Origin: an uncultured virus (IMG/VR IMGVR_UViG_3300020599_000005)
Taxonomy: Duplodnaviria > Heunggongvirae > Uroviricota > Caudoviricetes
Virus record (IMG/VR): IMGVR_UViG_3300020599_000005
Direction: 5' to 3' (one strand)
Length of the DNA stretch: 64,000 bases
Below, in pieces: positions 1-10,029 of this stretch. The position numbers were made by a program, and so were the translations under genes. Below the pieces are notes generated by a model. That model saw only the letters and a program-made list of their open reading frames with translations. It was not told the DNA's origin and did no database searches. Every line of letters starts with the position of its first letter. Positions within the stretch are counted from its first letter, which is position 1.

Positions 1-2
1 CC

Positions 3-881
3 GTGAACCTGGCGGCCTCGGCGCTGCTGTCGACCGATCTGTACTGGGTCAACAAGTTCAAGCCCGGTCAGCTGACCGACGGTAAGCGTGTCAACTACCA
101 CGATACCGGCGTGCTGACCTACCTGATCGACCGCAAGTACACCGACCTCGGCGGCGCTGGCGTCAGCAACGAGGACTTCCTGAACTACCTGGGCGACATC
201 TGCCGCGAAGAGCTGGTCTACGCCATGGACGTCGAAGAACGCGGCGACGTGTCCTGGGTCGTCGCTGACTACCTGCTCGCCGCGCAAGGTGACCGCGAAG
301 CCGAAGATCGTCTCTACAAGTGTTACGACACCCTGACCGACGGCTACTTCGGCGCCCGCTTCAAGGAACTGGGTGGCCAGCACCTGGCCGAGTGGTCCGG
401 CACCCGCGTGCCGCTGGGCTACTACAAGGACGAGCACGGCGAAGTACGCGACCTGCGTGACTTCGACCTGATGAAGTTCCTGAAGCTGCGCGGCGACACC
501 GACCCGGAAATGGCGCTGGACTGGCAGGACATCTTCGACCGTGGTGACCTCACCCCGGAAGAGAAGATCGATCGCCTGTACCGCATGCTGCAAGAAGTCC
601 TGGGTGCTTCGGCTGTCAAGGTCAAAGCATACGCTCAGCGCATCTACATCCCGTCGACCGTCATCAAGGCGCTGGCTCAGGCTTTCCGTGACTGCGGCGT
701 GACCCTGCAACGCACTTCCGGCGCCAACCTGGGCTCCACCCGTGTCCGTGGCAACACCGTCATCGGTCGCTACGCCGGTGCGGACCTGGGTGAAGGTCTG
801 TTCACCAGCTACTCCGGTCGTCGTGATGACACCACGGTGCGTGGCCGCACCTACATGGGCCGCCACCGCGATTTCACCTGA
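3..881 (+). CDS. chmA: Probable chimallin (phage nuclear shell protein, phiKZ gp54-like), C-terminal part; gene begins before the window
   Basis: Open frame from the window edge with strong high-expression codon bias (C-ending codons). It lies directly upstream of the nvRNAP beta' N-terminal gene, the conserved position of chimallin. Assignment is mainly by synteny. Confidence 0.65.
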   Translation: MNLAASALLSTDLYWVNKFKPGQLTDGKRVNYHDTGVLTYLIDRKYTDLGGAGVSNEDFLNYLGDICREELVYAMDVEERGDVSWVVADYLLAAQGDREAEDRLYKCYDTLTDGYFGARFKELGGQHLAEWSGTRVPLGYYKDEHGEVRDLRDFDLMKFLKLRGDTDPEMALDWQDIFDRGDLTPEEKIDRLYRMLQEVLGASAVKVKAYAQRIYIPSTVIKALAQAFRDCGVTLQRTSGANLGSTRVRGNTVIGRYAGADLGEGLFTSYSGRRDDTTVRGRTYMGRHRDFT

Positions 882-908
882 TCGACCTGCGGTAAGGAAT
901 AGAATGTG

Positions 909-926
909 GGGGACCTCCGGGTCCCC
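909..926 (+). terminator. GC-rich hairpin after the chimallin-like gene
   Basis: GGGGACC-TCCG-GGTCCCC followed by pyrimidine-rich sequence. Confidence 0.55.
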
Positions 927-962
927 TGCTTTCTGCCCTAATTTTTTCAATGGGGTGAATAG

Positions 963-2237
963 ATGGCTCAGCAATACGAAAAGGGTATTTACCTCAAAAC
1001 GGAAGATTACGGCCGAATGTTCAGGTCGTTGTCGCAGCCACCGATCATCGTGAACGAGTTCGACATCTCCAACGAGAGTGAACGCGAGAAGCTGAACTCG
1101 CTGATCTATACTCGCTACGATGGGGATACCTTGTCGAACATCCCTCACTGTGACTGCGGGCGGATGCACGGCGAATACAACGTCGGTCTGAGGCACCTGT
1201 ACGATCCGGATGGGACACCTGGTTGTGGTACTGTCGTACAGGCAGTGACTGAAAAGCCACTGGAATCCCTGCTCTGGATGGAGGCACCTGAGGGAATCCC
1301 AGGGTTCGTCAACCTGACCGTGTGGCGTATCCTCTCCAAGCACCTGACGTACTCAGGTTTCAGCATCCTGGAGTACCTCACCAACCCGTTCTACCGTCCT
1401 ACCGTGAGGACACCGCCCATTGTGGCAAAGGTGGATTCGTTGAACTTGCCGATGGGGTTGAAGAACTTCCACGACAACTACGACGAAATCATCCGCTCGC
1501 TGTACGTCAACCGGATCATCTCCGGTCGTGTAGCCCAACGCGACAAGGTGTACCAGTACCTGCGCTCCGTGCGGGAGATCACGTTCACCAAGCGCCTGCC
1601 ATTCCCGTCGAAACTCGGTTTCATCACCGAGGAGAACAACGACAAGATTTATGCCGACCACAAGATGGCCCCGGCCTTGGATGCGATCTTCACGATCGTT
1701 TCCATGTATTCGAATGGTGAGGAACCTGGGCTCAAGCTCAAGGAATCCCGGTGTGTGCGAGCGATGACCAAGCTCAACGACTACTACCGGGACTTCGAAA
1801 ATCTGACAGCTTCTAAGAAGGAGGGGATTTTCCGTAAGTTGGTCTACGGTACTCGTCCTCACTGGACCTATCGTGCTGTGATTTCGTCGCGTCATGACGT
1901 GCACAACTACGAAAACTTGGCGCTACCGTGGTCCTTGTCGATCCTGTTGTTCAAGACGCACTTGTCGAACAAGTTGCTGTTACGGGGTTTCACGCCGAAC
2001 GACATCATCTCTCTGCTGTACCAAAACACTCTGCGGTATCACCCGCTGCTGGACAGCCTTTTCAACGAGATGATCGCCGAGTCACCAGAAGGGCGCGGTA
2101 TCCCGACCACTCTGGGCCGTAACCCGACGCTGAAACGTGGCTCGATCGAGCGCTTCTTCATCGACGAGATCAAGAAAGATCCTAGTGTCAACACAATCAG
2201 TCTGTCTGTTCTCTGCCTCAAGGCTAAGAACGCGGAT
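963..2237 (+). CDS. Non-virion RNAP beta' N-terminal subunit (phiKZ gp55-like), exon 1
   Basis: Zn motif CDCG, GIFRKLVYGTR..RAVI, RNPTL.RGSI; ends in ...LKAKNAD, the first half of NADFDGD. Spliced product 963-2237 + 3628-3837 = 494 aa. Confidence 0.93.
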
Positions 2238-3627
2238 AAAAGTACCTTCAAATCGGCTGAAATCCTACATTACCACTTTGTCAGTGGAGAATGGAGGGTT
2301 TCCCCTTGCGAAAAGAACCTAGCTGCATGATGGAGTCGGTAGTCTTTCCGGGGTATTTCCATAGCCCTGATTACGATTCCATTGTCGTCAGCCGAGAAGG
2401 TCGAGTAATCGACCAAAGAAATTTGTTCTGCCCAGTTCCCGTAATGGGTAAGGCGTGGCCTTACTTGTTAATCAACATTTGGGGGCATGGGACAGTTACC
2501 TTGCACCGTTTGATTGCTAGGACGTTCTTAGAATGTCCGGCAGACCCCGACGACTACGTTGTAAACCACATCGATGGGGATAAGTCCAATTGTCACGTAA
2601 GCAATCTCGAATGGGTAACTCCATCCGGTAATGCAACGCACGCATATGTGACAGGTCTTAGGTCAGATAACCGTTCTGTTCTGACAAGAGACCTAGAGAC
2701 TGGAGAAGTTAAGTACTACTACAGCCTTAATCAGGCGGCCAGAGAGTTCAACGTAAATCAGTCTGCGGTATGGCGCTATCTAAATAGCGACTCGCTAGTG
2801 CCTTGGAAGTTAAGGTACGACATGATTTACGAAGGACAGTGCTGGCGACCACTGACTGAAGCCGATATTGGTAAGGTCGTCAATGGTCAGCCGAAAGATG
2901 TAGTGGTAGTAGACAGCGACGGGTCTGTTATGGTCCTAAGTAGTGCAGCAGACACGGCTAGGTTCTTCGGAATTCCAGCTAACGTACTGTATTACACACT
3001 GGCTACCTCCGGTAAATTGGACAATGGTGCAATGGTCTGTTACATGGACGAATTCTCCGGCGATCTTGAGATCGCTAGACGAATAGAATCCACCAGGCCT
3101 AAGGTAGATAGACCGAATTTTCGCAGAAAGCCAGTACCAGTTGTGGTAACTGACCTTTCGACAGGGCTAAAAGTTCAATGGGACTCTGTCCAAGACTTCG
3201 CTCATTCGATGGGTACCAGTAAGAATACTGTCCAGAAATCCATGCTTGTGAAAGATGGTCGATGGGCAGGTTACCACCTGAAGTATTTGAAGTGAAAGTC
3301 CCCTCCGGGCGAAATCTCGGAGTGATCCTCCTCTAATTGCTGGGAAGTCCTTAGAGCCTCACTACCAAAACGTGGCGCGAAAGCGCGAACGGCAATGGTT
3401 AGAAAAGTGTGGGGATTGGATAACCAGCAGCCAAGCACCTAAGTCCCGCTAGGGATATGGTGATCAGGTTCAACGACTAGAGCGTAGCGGCTCGTACCCA
3501 GCAGCGCTGGGGAAATGTGGAGCACCCTACTCCTAGAGAGGGTGAAGATATAGTCTGCTCCCTAGGGAAACCTAGAGCGGGTGTCACAGCACACCGGGTC
3601 AGTGTAGCGAGCTGACTGGACAATAGG
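2238..3627 (+). mobile_element. Group I intron (1390 nt) in the nvRNAP catalytic motif
   Basis: Exon ends in U (GGAU), intron ends in G. Core motifs AATTGCTGGGAA, CAGCAGCCAAG, GGTTCAACGACTA, GAAGATATAGTC. IGS GTCC at 3298-3301 pairs with exon GGAU. Removal restores NAD|FDGD in frame. Confidence 0.95.
2291..3295 (+). CDS. Intron-encoded HNH homing endonuclease with C-terminal NUMOD1/IENR1-like DNA-binding repeats
   Basis: LHRLIARTF..VNHIDGDKSNCHVSNLEWVT HNH motif; repeated 'YYSLNQAAREF', 'LSSAADTARFF', 'WDSVQDFAHSM' HTH-like units; lower GC than flanks. Confidence 0.92.
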   Translation: MEGFPLRKEPSCMMESVVFPGYFHSPDYDSIVVSREGRVIDQRNLFCPVPVMGKAWPYLLINIWGHGTVTLHRLIARTFLECPADPDDYVVNHIDGDKSNCHVSNLEWVTPSGNATHAYVTGLRSDNRSVLTRDLETGEVKYYYSLNQAAREFNVNQSAVWRYLNSDSLVPWKLRYDMIYEGQCWRPLTEADIGKVVNGQPKDVVVVDSDGSVMVLSSAADTARFFGIPANVLYYTLATSGKLDNGAMVCYMDEFSGDLEIARRIESTRPKVDRPNFRRKPVPVVVTDLSTGLKVQWDSVQDFAHSMGTSKNTVQKSMLVKDGRWAGYHLKYLK

Positions 3628-3837
3628 TTCGATGGAGACGCTTTGAACGGCCAGTTACTCTTGGACAACAAGACGACTGATGCCATGGAGCGATTGGCAC
3701 CGCATACTGGCGTGATGGACCTGAACCGTCCGTTCCGGGTGAGTCGGAACATCGCCCACCCGACTCCGACCCTTTCTACCACCAACGCGTGGATTATGGA
3801 AGGTGATGAGATCAGTAAACCGAAAGAGGGGGCATAA
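3628..3837 (+). CDS. nvRNAP beta' N-terminal subunit, exon 2
   Basis: Begins TTC GAT GGA GAC GCT TTG AAC = FDGDALN, completing NADFDGD. Confidence 0.93.
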   Translation, partial: FDGDALNGQLLLDNKTTDAMERLAPHTGVMDLNRPFRVSRNIAHPTPTLSTTNAWIMEGDEISKPKEGA

Positions 3838-4457
3838 TGGCAAACCTGATTACCGCCGACAATGACCTGTTCACGGCGTACGTTCATGGACAGCAGCGGC
3901 GCAGTAACCGCGACTTCCTGCAACGTCAGCTGGATCAGGGCAGTGAAATCCTCAGGGAGGGTGGTCGGCGCTTCATGGAGCGTGCCCGTCAAGCCTTCGA
4001 GTCCTTTGACATGGAGGCTATCGAACGTGGCCTGCGTGCTGTGAAGCGCCGGCTGACAGGCCGATGGACGGAGAACGACGTACGTCCTCTCTTCACCATC
4101 GGCGATTTGCAACAAGCCAACCTGCGCATGCAGCGGTGGCTGATGACCAGTCCCACCGCTCGTAAGATGGCAGCTAAAGATCGCTGCTGGGGTTTCCGCG
4201 ATTCCTATGTGGATCTCGAACCCGGCGCATGGGGCGAACGACACACCGACTGGAAGCGGGTGCATAACGGCCAAGCCGTGACTAACGAAGAAGGGGAAAC
4301 CTACTTCGTGACCTACTTCGATGCCCTGGACGAAAACGGCCAGGAACAGCTGCAACATGACGAGCAGCAAGACATCATCCGGTCGATCGATTGCATGGAG
4401 TACTTCCTCTCGCTGGGTAAGGATGATCCTTCCAGTCAGAGTAACGGCTCCCTGTAA
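3837..4457 (+). CDS. Conserved phiKZ-like hypothetical protein
   Basis: 206 aa, coupled to previous stop (TAATG), GAGGGG RBS, phage codon usage. Confidence 0.8.
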   Translation: MANLITADNDLFTAYVHGQQRRSNRDFLQRQLDQGSEILREGGRRFMERARQAFESFDMEAIERGLRAVKRRLTGRWTENDVRPLFTIGDLQQANLRMQRWLMTSPTARKMAAKDRCWGFRDSYVDLEPGAWGERHTDWKRVHNGQAVTNEEGETYFVTYFDALDENGQEQLQHDEQQDIIRSIDCMEYFLSLGKDDPSSQSNGSL

Positions 4458-4473
4458 ACACTAGCCGTGCGCC

Positions 4474-4518
4474 AAGGACACGTGGAGCCCTCCGGGGTTT
4501 CACGTGTCCTTTTTCTTT
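4474..4518 (+). terminator. Rho-independent terminator
   Basis: AAGGACACGTGGAGCCC-TCCG-GGGTTTCACGTGTCCTT then T-tract. Confidence 0.8.
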
Positions 4519-4542
4519 CCTTCTTTTATTGGAATGACGCAC

Positions 4543-4980
4543 ATGGTCATGTTGGTTCCTACACTCTCGCCCAAGGGATGGCTTAAGTCCATCTCGGACA
4601 AATGCGATCAGTGCATCCAGTACTTCTACCTGTCACAGTACAGTCAGACCAAGCTATATCGGGGCAGCGTGAAGCCACTGGCCTGGCTGGTGCAGCAATT
4701 TGGCAACAATGCCAAGGACATCCGGGTGGAGCTGGAGCGTGCGCTGCAAGATTACTTCTCCCGCTACTTCGAACATGCCGAAGTGGCTGTTACGGCACCG
4801 GTTACTGAAGATGACGGTATAAACTTACGCGTCACTATAATGGTACGAGACGATGGCATCGACTACGACCTCTGTCACGTCATCACAGTTGCCAACGCCA
4901 AAGTGCTCAGCATCTTTGACGTCATTAACCAAGGTTACATCCAAGGTAACCACCCCTCCCTCAATAACCTGATCCAGTAA
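4543..4980 (+). CDS. Conserved hypothetical protein (possibly T4 gp25-like fold)
   Basis: ORF of about 145 aa after the terminator; start codon and fold guess both uncertain. Confidence 0.65.
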   Translation: MVMLVPTLSPKGWLKSISDKCDQCIQYFYLSQYSQTKLYRGSVKPLAWLVQQFGNNAKDIRVELERALQDYFSRYFEHAEVAVTAPVTEDDGINLRVTIMVRDDGIDYDLCHVITVANAKVLSIFDVINQGYIQGNHPSLNNLIQ

Positions 4981-4993
4981 GGAACGCATCTCG

Positions 4994-5845
4994 ATGACCG
5001 CTACTTCGCAAAATGCTCTGGCGCAACTCGAACAACGAATCGCCGAGCAGGACCTCCAGATCGATCGCCTGACCAACACCCTCAAGGGCCTGGGTGAGCT
5101 GCTGACCAGCCGCTTTGCCAAGGACGATCTCGCTGCCAAGCAACACACCCAGCAGATCGCTCAAGTCAGCAAGCTCTTCACCGACCTGTCCGAGAAGATC
5201 GGCACCACGGTCACCCACGAGACCGTCGCCAGGATCTGCGCTGAGCAGCTGCAAATGCTGTTCCAGAACAAGGTCATGCTGGACTCCATCAGCCACGTCA
5301 TCTTCAACAACGCCGCCAACGCCATCGCCTACAAGGCCCAGTCCTCGGAAGAACGTCCGCCGAAGATCATGCTGGTCAAGTCTTGGTTCCCTGGCGTTCA
5401 GCGTATCCGCCACAACGAAGACGGCACCATCCTGCTCGAAGGTCAGAACAACCCGACCGATCCGGACAGCGGCTGGCTGGAAGATGTCAGCTGGAAGGAC
5501 ATCCCCCACGGCGAACATGCTCTGGTCGAACTCCTCCAGTCCTACGGCGCCGAAGCAGGTCAGATGCTGTACCTGACCGACGACATCTCCTACGGTCACC
5601 ACCGTGAGAACCTGCACACCCAGCTGCAAGCTGCTGCTGAACGCCGCGCCCGCGAAGAGGCCATCGCCCGTGGTGAAGACGATGGTCTTAGCGCAACGAC
5701 CGCCGCTGAAGAAGGACTGGTCGACACCCCTGCTCCGTCCGACTCGGCAGTGGGCTTCGACAGCTTCCCCGAAACCGAGGACGCCAGTGAGGTATCCGGC
5801 GACTCTGGCGACCGCGACGTGCTGTCGCAGATCGCCGCTCTCTAA
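4994..5845 (+). CDS. Hypothetical protein, N-terminal coiled coil and acidic tail
   Basis: 283 aa, AAGGA RBS, strong codon bias. Confidence 0.8.
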   Translation: MTATSQNALAQLEQRIAEQDLQIDRLTNTLKGLGELLTSRFAKDDLAAKQHTQQIAQVSKLFTDLSEKIGTTVTHETVARICAEQLQMLFQNKVMLDSISHVIFNNAANAIAYKAQSSEERPPKIMLVKSWFPGVQRIRHNEDGTILLEGQNNPTDPDSGWLEDVSWKDIPHGEHALVELLQSYGAEAGQMLYLTDDISYGHHRENLHTQLQAAAERRAREEAIARGEDDGLSATTAAEEGLVDTPAPSDSAVGFDSFPETEDASEVSGDSGDRDVLSQIAAL

Positions 5846-5899
5846 GTGACCCATCACCCCCTCCCGCTAAGGGAGGGGGTGTATACCCAGGAGACTTCC

Positions 5900-6505
5900 A
5901 TGAGTGAGAACCAACCGCTCCAGTTGGAGATGACCCAGTCGATGTTCCGCCAGCTGACCGATACCGCGGCCATGGACCGACCTCGTCTGTCCGAGCATGA
6001 GTTCGTTGAGCATCTCCTGCCGCACCTGGTGCGCAACATCGACGCCGAAGACGGTAGCAATGAAGTCGATCTGACCATCTGGTTGGCAGTAGCGGGTAAC
6101 CCGCATCGCTGGATCGATGTGGTGGATCAGACCAATACTCTGCTCTTCTCGGTACCGCCGCCCCTGGCACGACTGAACACCACAGCGCCCAGTCTGACAC
6201 CTCGCGAAGGCCCCTCTGCCAGTGACATCGTCAAAATCTACGGTGAAAAGCGACTCATCCACCCTGGCGCAGGTGATGCTTTCCTGAACTTCGCCTTGGC
6301 CAGCGAAGCAAAGATCAGTCTGGAACAGGAAGAGCAACTGCGCTGCCTGGACGCTTGGATCACCATCTATAAGCGCTACAACCTGCCGACCGAGAAGCTC
6401 TTCGGTGGCGTTAAGATCGACGAGGCAAAGGCTGATAAAGCCGCCACGGCAGCGGCAGAGGATGCCCTGGCCCAGGTCTCTGGGGAACTCGATGATTTCG
6501 ACTAA
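5900..6505 (+). CDS. Conserved hypothetical protein
   Basis: ATG at 5900 after CAGGAG RBS; phage codon bias; W.AVAGNP motif. Confidence 0.75.
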   Translation: MSENQPLQLEMTQSMFRQLTDTAAMDRPRLSEHEFVEHLLPHLVRNIDAEDGSNEVDLTIWLAVAGNPHRWIDVVDQTNTLLFSVPPPLARLNTTAPSLTPREGPSASDIVKIYGEKRLIHPGAGDAFLNFALASEAKISLEQEEQLRCLDAWITIYKRYNLPTEKLFGGVKIDEAKADKAATAAAEDALAQVSGELDDFD

Positions 6506-7601
6506 GCTCAAGATTGCTTCCATTTCCGACATCCATCTTGGCCACCACCGAACCAAGACGACGTTCATCCTGGATAACTTGCGTAAAGCTTTCCCGGACA
6601 ACGATGAAACCGGCAGCCTGGACTTGATCTTTTTTGCCGGGGATGTCTTTGATCGCCTACTCTTCTTCGCATCGGACGATGTGCGGGAGATCACGTTCTG
6701 GCTCATGGAGTTTCTTGACATGTGCCATCGGCGTGACATTGTAGTGCGAGTCTTGGAGGGTACGCCTTCTCATGACTGGAAGCAAAGTCGCATCTTCACG
6801 ACGGTTAACCGTCTGATGGGCGATAAGGTGGACTTGAAGTACGTGGACACACTGTCCATCGAGCATATCCCACGGTTTGACATGACGGTGCTCTATGTGC
6901 CGGACGAATGGGCCGAGAACGATGCGGACGTTACCTGGAAACAGGTAAATGAGCTGTTGCGTTCCCTGGCGCTGGATAAGGTGGACTTTGCCTGCATGCA
7001 CGGCATGTTCACCTACCAGCACCCTGTAGCCAGTCATGCATGCCATGTCCCTGAGCGCTACCTGGGCATCGTGCGACATTACATTTTCATTGGTCATGTG
7101 CACAACCGCTCCCAATACGAGAGAATCCTAGCACAGGGTTCCTTCGACCGGGACACCCATGGCCAAGAGGCACCCAAAGGCCATTACCGGGTAACCCTGG
7201 AAGCAGGTAAGGATGATGTCATCGATTTCGTGGTGAACGAGGGAGCCAAACTCTACCTGACCATCGACCTGGCAGGGTTGTCGCTTGAGAAAGCCCTGTG
7301 GACCCTGAAGAAATACAGGGATTATCCGGATGGTAGTTACTTCCGCCTGCTCACCCGCCGTGATGATGAGTTGTTCTCGTCCATGTCGGTTGTACGGGAT
7401 ACCTACCCTCAGTTCATCTGGACGACTCAGCTGGAAGACCTCAAGACCCAAGAAACCAGCTTACAGCAGGAAGAAGACGATCTACCCAAGGCTATCGATA
7501 TCACGCCTGATAACGTGGTCAGCCTTATCCAGGCTCGCCTTAAGGGTACGGACCCTGAGGTGGAGCGTGAAGCGCTGGTGCTGCTTGCAGCTATGAGATA
7601 A
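6492..7601 (+). CDS. sbcD: SbcD/Mre11-like metallophosphoesterase nuclease
   Basis: SDIHLG, GDVFD, GTPSHD, HG, GHVH, QGSFDR motifs. Confidence 0.9.
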   Translation: MISTKLKIASISDIHLGHHRTKTTFILDNLRKAFPDNDETGSLDLIFFAGDVFDRLLFFASDDVREITFWLMEFLDMCHRRDIVVRVLEGTPSHDWKQSRIFTTVNRLMGDKVDLKYVDTLSIEHIPRFDMTVLYVPDEWAENDADVTWKQVNELLRSLALDKVDFACMHGMFTYQHPVASHACHVPERYLGIVRHYIFIGHVHNRSQYERILAQGSFDRDTHGQEAPKGHYRVTLEAGKDDVIDFVVNEGAKLYLTIDLAGLSLEKALWTLKKYRDYPDGSYFRLLTRRDDELFSSMSVVRDTYPQFIWTTQLEDLKTQETSLQQEEDDLPKAIDITPDNVVSLIQARLKGTDPEVEREALVLLAAMR

Positions 7602-7612
7602 GGAGGTGCTCC

Positions 7613-8461
7613 ATGTCCATGGAAGCACAGATGGATCAACGGGAGAAGGGGAGTGAAATCCCCGTCTCCATTGGCACAGCGTTGGCTATCGAAGCAGCGC
7701 TGGGCATCTTGCCTGATATGCCGGAAGAGGCTGTAAAAACTCCAGCCATCACTAAGGTCGATGCGCTGTGGGTCAACATGCGCACCCTCTTCCGTAACCT
7801 GATTGGGAGTCTGGATAAGGACTTCAAGGATCAGGTGACTGATGACCTGGTGGTCATGGCGCTGACGAACGAGATGCAAATCATCGAGTCGGCTGTCAGC
7901 CACGTCACCAAGGGTCGCTGTGCGGTTACGTTCTACTTCTGCGACTACCTGGCGGTGCCTCACAGGTTCCCTTACGCTACCATCCGCCCTCGCGAAGCGC
8001 CGACGCAGAAGCGGATGTGGACATTGGAACAGCACGTCATGATGGGACTGTGGGAGTCTCAACCCCATCATGACTTCCGTCGGTACGACACAGACTTCGA
8101 CAGTCAGGATAAACGGACATTGATCCTGACCAACTACCCAGTGGATTTGCTCAACCGGTATCAGTTCAAGTCGCTCACGCTACTGGAATCCCACACCGGA
8201 CAGACCAAGTCTCCCGCGCGGTGGTACACCAAGCTGCACGATGGTAAAGACTTGTACAACATCCCCTTCGATCGAATGACGTTACAACTCTTCGGTGACA
8301 GTGTGATGTTCTCACCTCAGCCGATCAAAATTCGACGGTTCATGAAGGAGCTGGCAACCAAGTACAAGTGGACTTCAGTGTCCACCAAGGCATTGATCAT
8401 TCAGTCCATCAAGGACGAGAAAGATCCAGTGCTGGAAGGCTTTATCCTCAAGCTCTATTGA
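7613..8461 (+). CDS. Conserved phiKZ gp66-like protein (possible degenerate PIN/5'-nuclease fold)
   Basis: 282 aa, AAGGAGG RBS, LESHTG motif; position between SbcD and ChmC. Confidence 0.7.
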   Translation: MSMEAQMDQREKGSEIPVSIGTALAIEAALGILPDMPEEAVKTPAITKVDALWVNMRTLFRNLIGSLDKDFKDQVTDDLVVMALTNEMQIIESAVSHVTKGRCAVTFYFCDYLAVPHRFPYATIRPREAPTQKRMWTLEQHVMMGLWESQPHHDFRRYDTDFDSQDKRTLILTNYPVDLLNRYQFKSLTLLESHTGQTKSPARWYTKLHDGKDLYNIPFDRMTLQLFGDSVMFSPQPIKIRRFMKELATKYKWTSVSTKALIIQSIKDEKDPVLEGFILKLY

Positions 8462-8467
8462 GCCAGT

Positions 8468-8511
8468 CACGGTGTAGGGTTCGTCCCTACACCGTGGCGC
8501 CTTTTCTTTTT
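8468..8511 (+). terminator. Rho-independent terminator
   Basis: CACGGTGTAGGG-TTCGT-CCCTACACCGTG followed by TTTTCTTTTT. Confidence 0.8.
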
Positions 8512-8641
8512 GCCCTCTCGGCGGGATTAGCGCAGGTAAATAAAGAAGAAACTCTGCTATTATCTGAACAGACCCCACTGACGACCACGACATGGCCGAC
8601 GCTGATCTGAGACCTATGCGGCACCGAGGGAGAAAAGAGAC

Positions 8642-9175
8642 ATGAAAGCAAAACTCGAATCCCTGATCATCTTGGGGAATTTCAATCTCGGCCTGTTCAA
8701 AAAACACTTCGTCCTCCCACCATGTGAGGGTGAAATTCCGGTTGATGAAGAATTCCACTTCATCCGACCCGGAGCCACCAACTTGGCGGTTAACCTTCTG
8801 ACTAAAGAAGGTGTACCGATCGAGGACGGAGAAATCCGTCAGTGGTTTGGCAATGAACTCGATGTGCCGGTTCGCCACAAAGCACGTCGAGCCCTTGTGA
8901 CCTACAAGCGCAACCTCGACTTGCATCACAGCGAGTTCGACTCTATCAACAACCTGATCTGGATGGGTCGACTGTACACGTCGAGTTCCAATCTGTATCT
9001 GGACATGATGACCACCGACTTCATTAACAGCGGCAAGGACGATCTACTGGTGTCGCACTGGGCTGTTGTTAAGAGCACACAGGCGAAATACGACGAGCTG
9101 GTACAGACGGAGTGGCCTCGCCAATTCATCCGCAACGAATCCGACCTGGATATTAATACCTGGAGACAGCAATGA
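8642..9175 (+). CDS. Hypothetical protein
   Basis: 177 aa, RBS GGGAG, ATGA overlap with next gene. Confidence 0.7.
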   Translation: MKAKLESLIILGNFNLGLFKKHFVLPPCEGEIPVDEEFHFIRPGATNLAVNLLTKEGVPIEDGEIRQWFGNELDVPVRHKARRALVTYKRNLDLHHSEFDSINNLIWMGRLYTSSSNLYLDMMTTDFINSGKDDLLVSHWAVVKSTQAKYDELVQTEWPRQFIRNESDLDINTWRQQ

Positions 9176-9906
9176 GCGAACAACAGCGCAAAACTCCCGA
9201 GTGGACCATCTTCGACGACCCCAAATACATGCTGTTCGCACCGGCTCTGGATGGCGCCGACCGCAAGCCTTCCCTGAAAGGTGGCGTCTACGAGAACAAC
9301 CCGCGTCTGCGCGTGAAGACCAACCTGCCCATGGACAAGGGCAACAACAACGGCTACATCGACGCGCACATGGACTGCCAGCGCTGGGAGATGCTCCTGG
9401 AAGGTATCCGCGACCTGGCGCGCAAAGAAGGCCCGGGTGAGTTCAGCATCCTGAACAAAGGCCATCCGTTCATCAATGGCCAGCGTGCCAAAGACCCGAT
9501 GCCGATGTCCAAGACCATCGTCAACAAGAATGCCGAGGGCATCATCTCCCTCAAGATCACCGGCGGCCGTAACCGTCCCGAGATCGCCTTCGTCTTCCTG
9601 GACAACGAGTACCACAACTTCTTCGACGACAACGGTCAACAAATGAACCGTGCACAAGCCTCCCGTCTGTCGGCCATCGCCTGGGCCAACATGATGGAAA
9701 AGCTGATGTCGCAGGAGATCATCAAGAACTCCGCCAAACCGGCCTGGATGCAGAACAACCAGCAAGGCGGCTATGGCAACAACCGTGGTGGCAACAACTA
9801 CCAAGGTAACAACCGCCAGGGCGGTGGCTATCAACAGCAGCAACAGAACCAGGGCGCCGGTCAGTCGGGCGGTAACTACAGCTTCGACGACGACATTCCT
9901 CTATAA
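9172..9906 (+). CDS. chmC: ChmC-like (phiKZ gp67-like) nucleic-acid-binding protein with N/G/Q-rich tail and SSB-like acidic tip
   Basis: Immediately upstream of gp68-like gene; low-complexity tail NNQQGGYGNNRGG ending FDDDIPL. Confidence 0.65.
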   Translation: MSEQQRKTPEWTIFDDPKYMLFAPALDGADRKPSLKGGVYENNPRLRVKTNLPMDKGNNNGYIDAHMDCQRWEMLLEGIRDLARKEGPGEFSILNKGHPFINGQRAKDPMPMSKTIVNKNAEGIISLKITGGRNRPEIAFVFLDNEYHNFFDDNGQQMNRAQASRLSAIAWANMMEKLMSQEIIKNSAKPAWMQNNQQGGYGNNRGGNNYQGNNRQGGGYQQQQQNQGAGQSGGNYSFDDDIPL

Positions 9907-9981
9907 AGCGGCATAACGACCTACCTCCGATGGATTGTCGGAGGTAGGCTTCTCTGCCCCGGTAGCTTTAAAAATGCTTCG

Positions 9982-9995
9982 GTCCTACATTATAG
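9982..9995 (+). promoter_or_regulatory. Phage promoter-like motif GTCCTACATTATAG
   Basis: Identical 14-mer at 14772-14785; core TACATTAT recurs upstream of other genes. Confidence 0.65.
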
Positions 9996-10029
9996 CCATG
10001 ATCTACCATAACCCGATTCGGAGTGAACG

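Noticed and set aside
2238..2330. C-terminal 30 aa of ORF 963-2330
   Set aside because: Read-through into intron sequence; the true frame continues at 3628
8548..8610. Hammerhead-like words GAAAC and CTGACGA
   Set aside because: The stems and NUH cleavage triplet do not assemble into a hammerhead core
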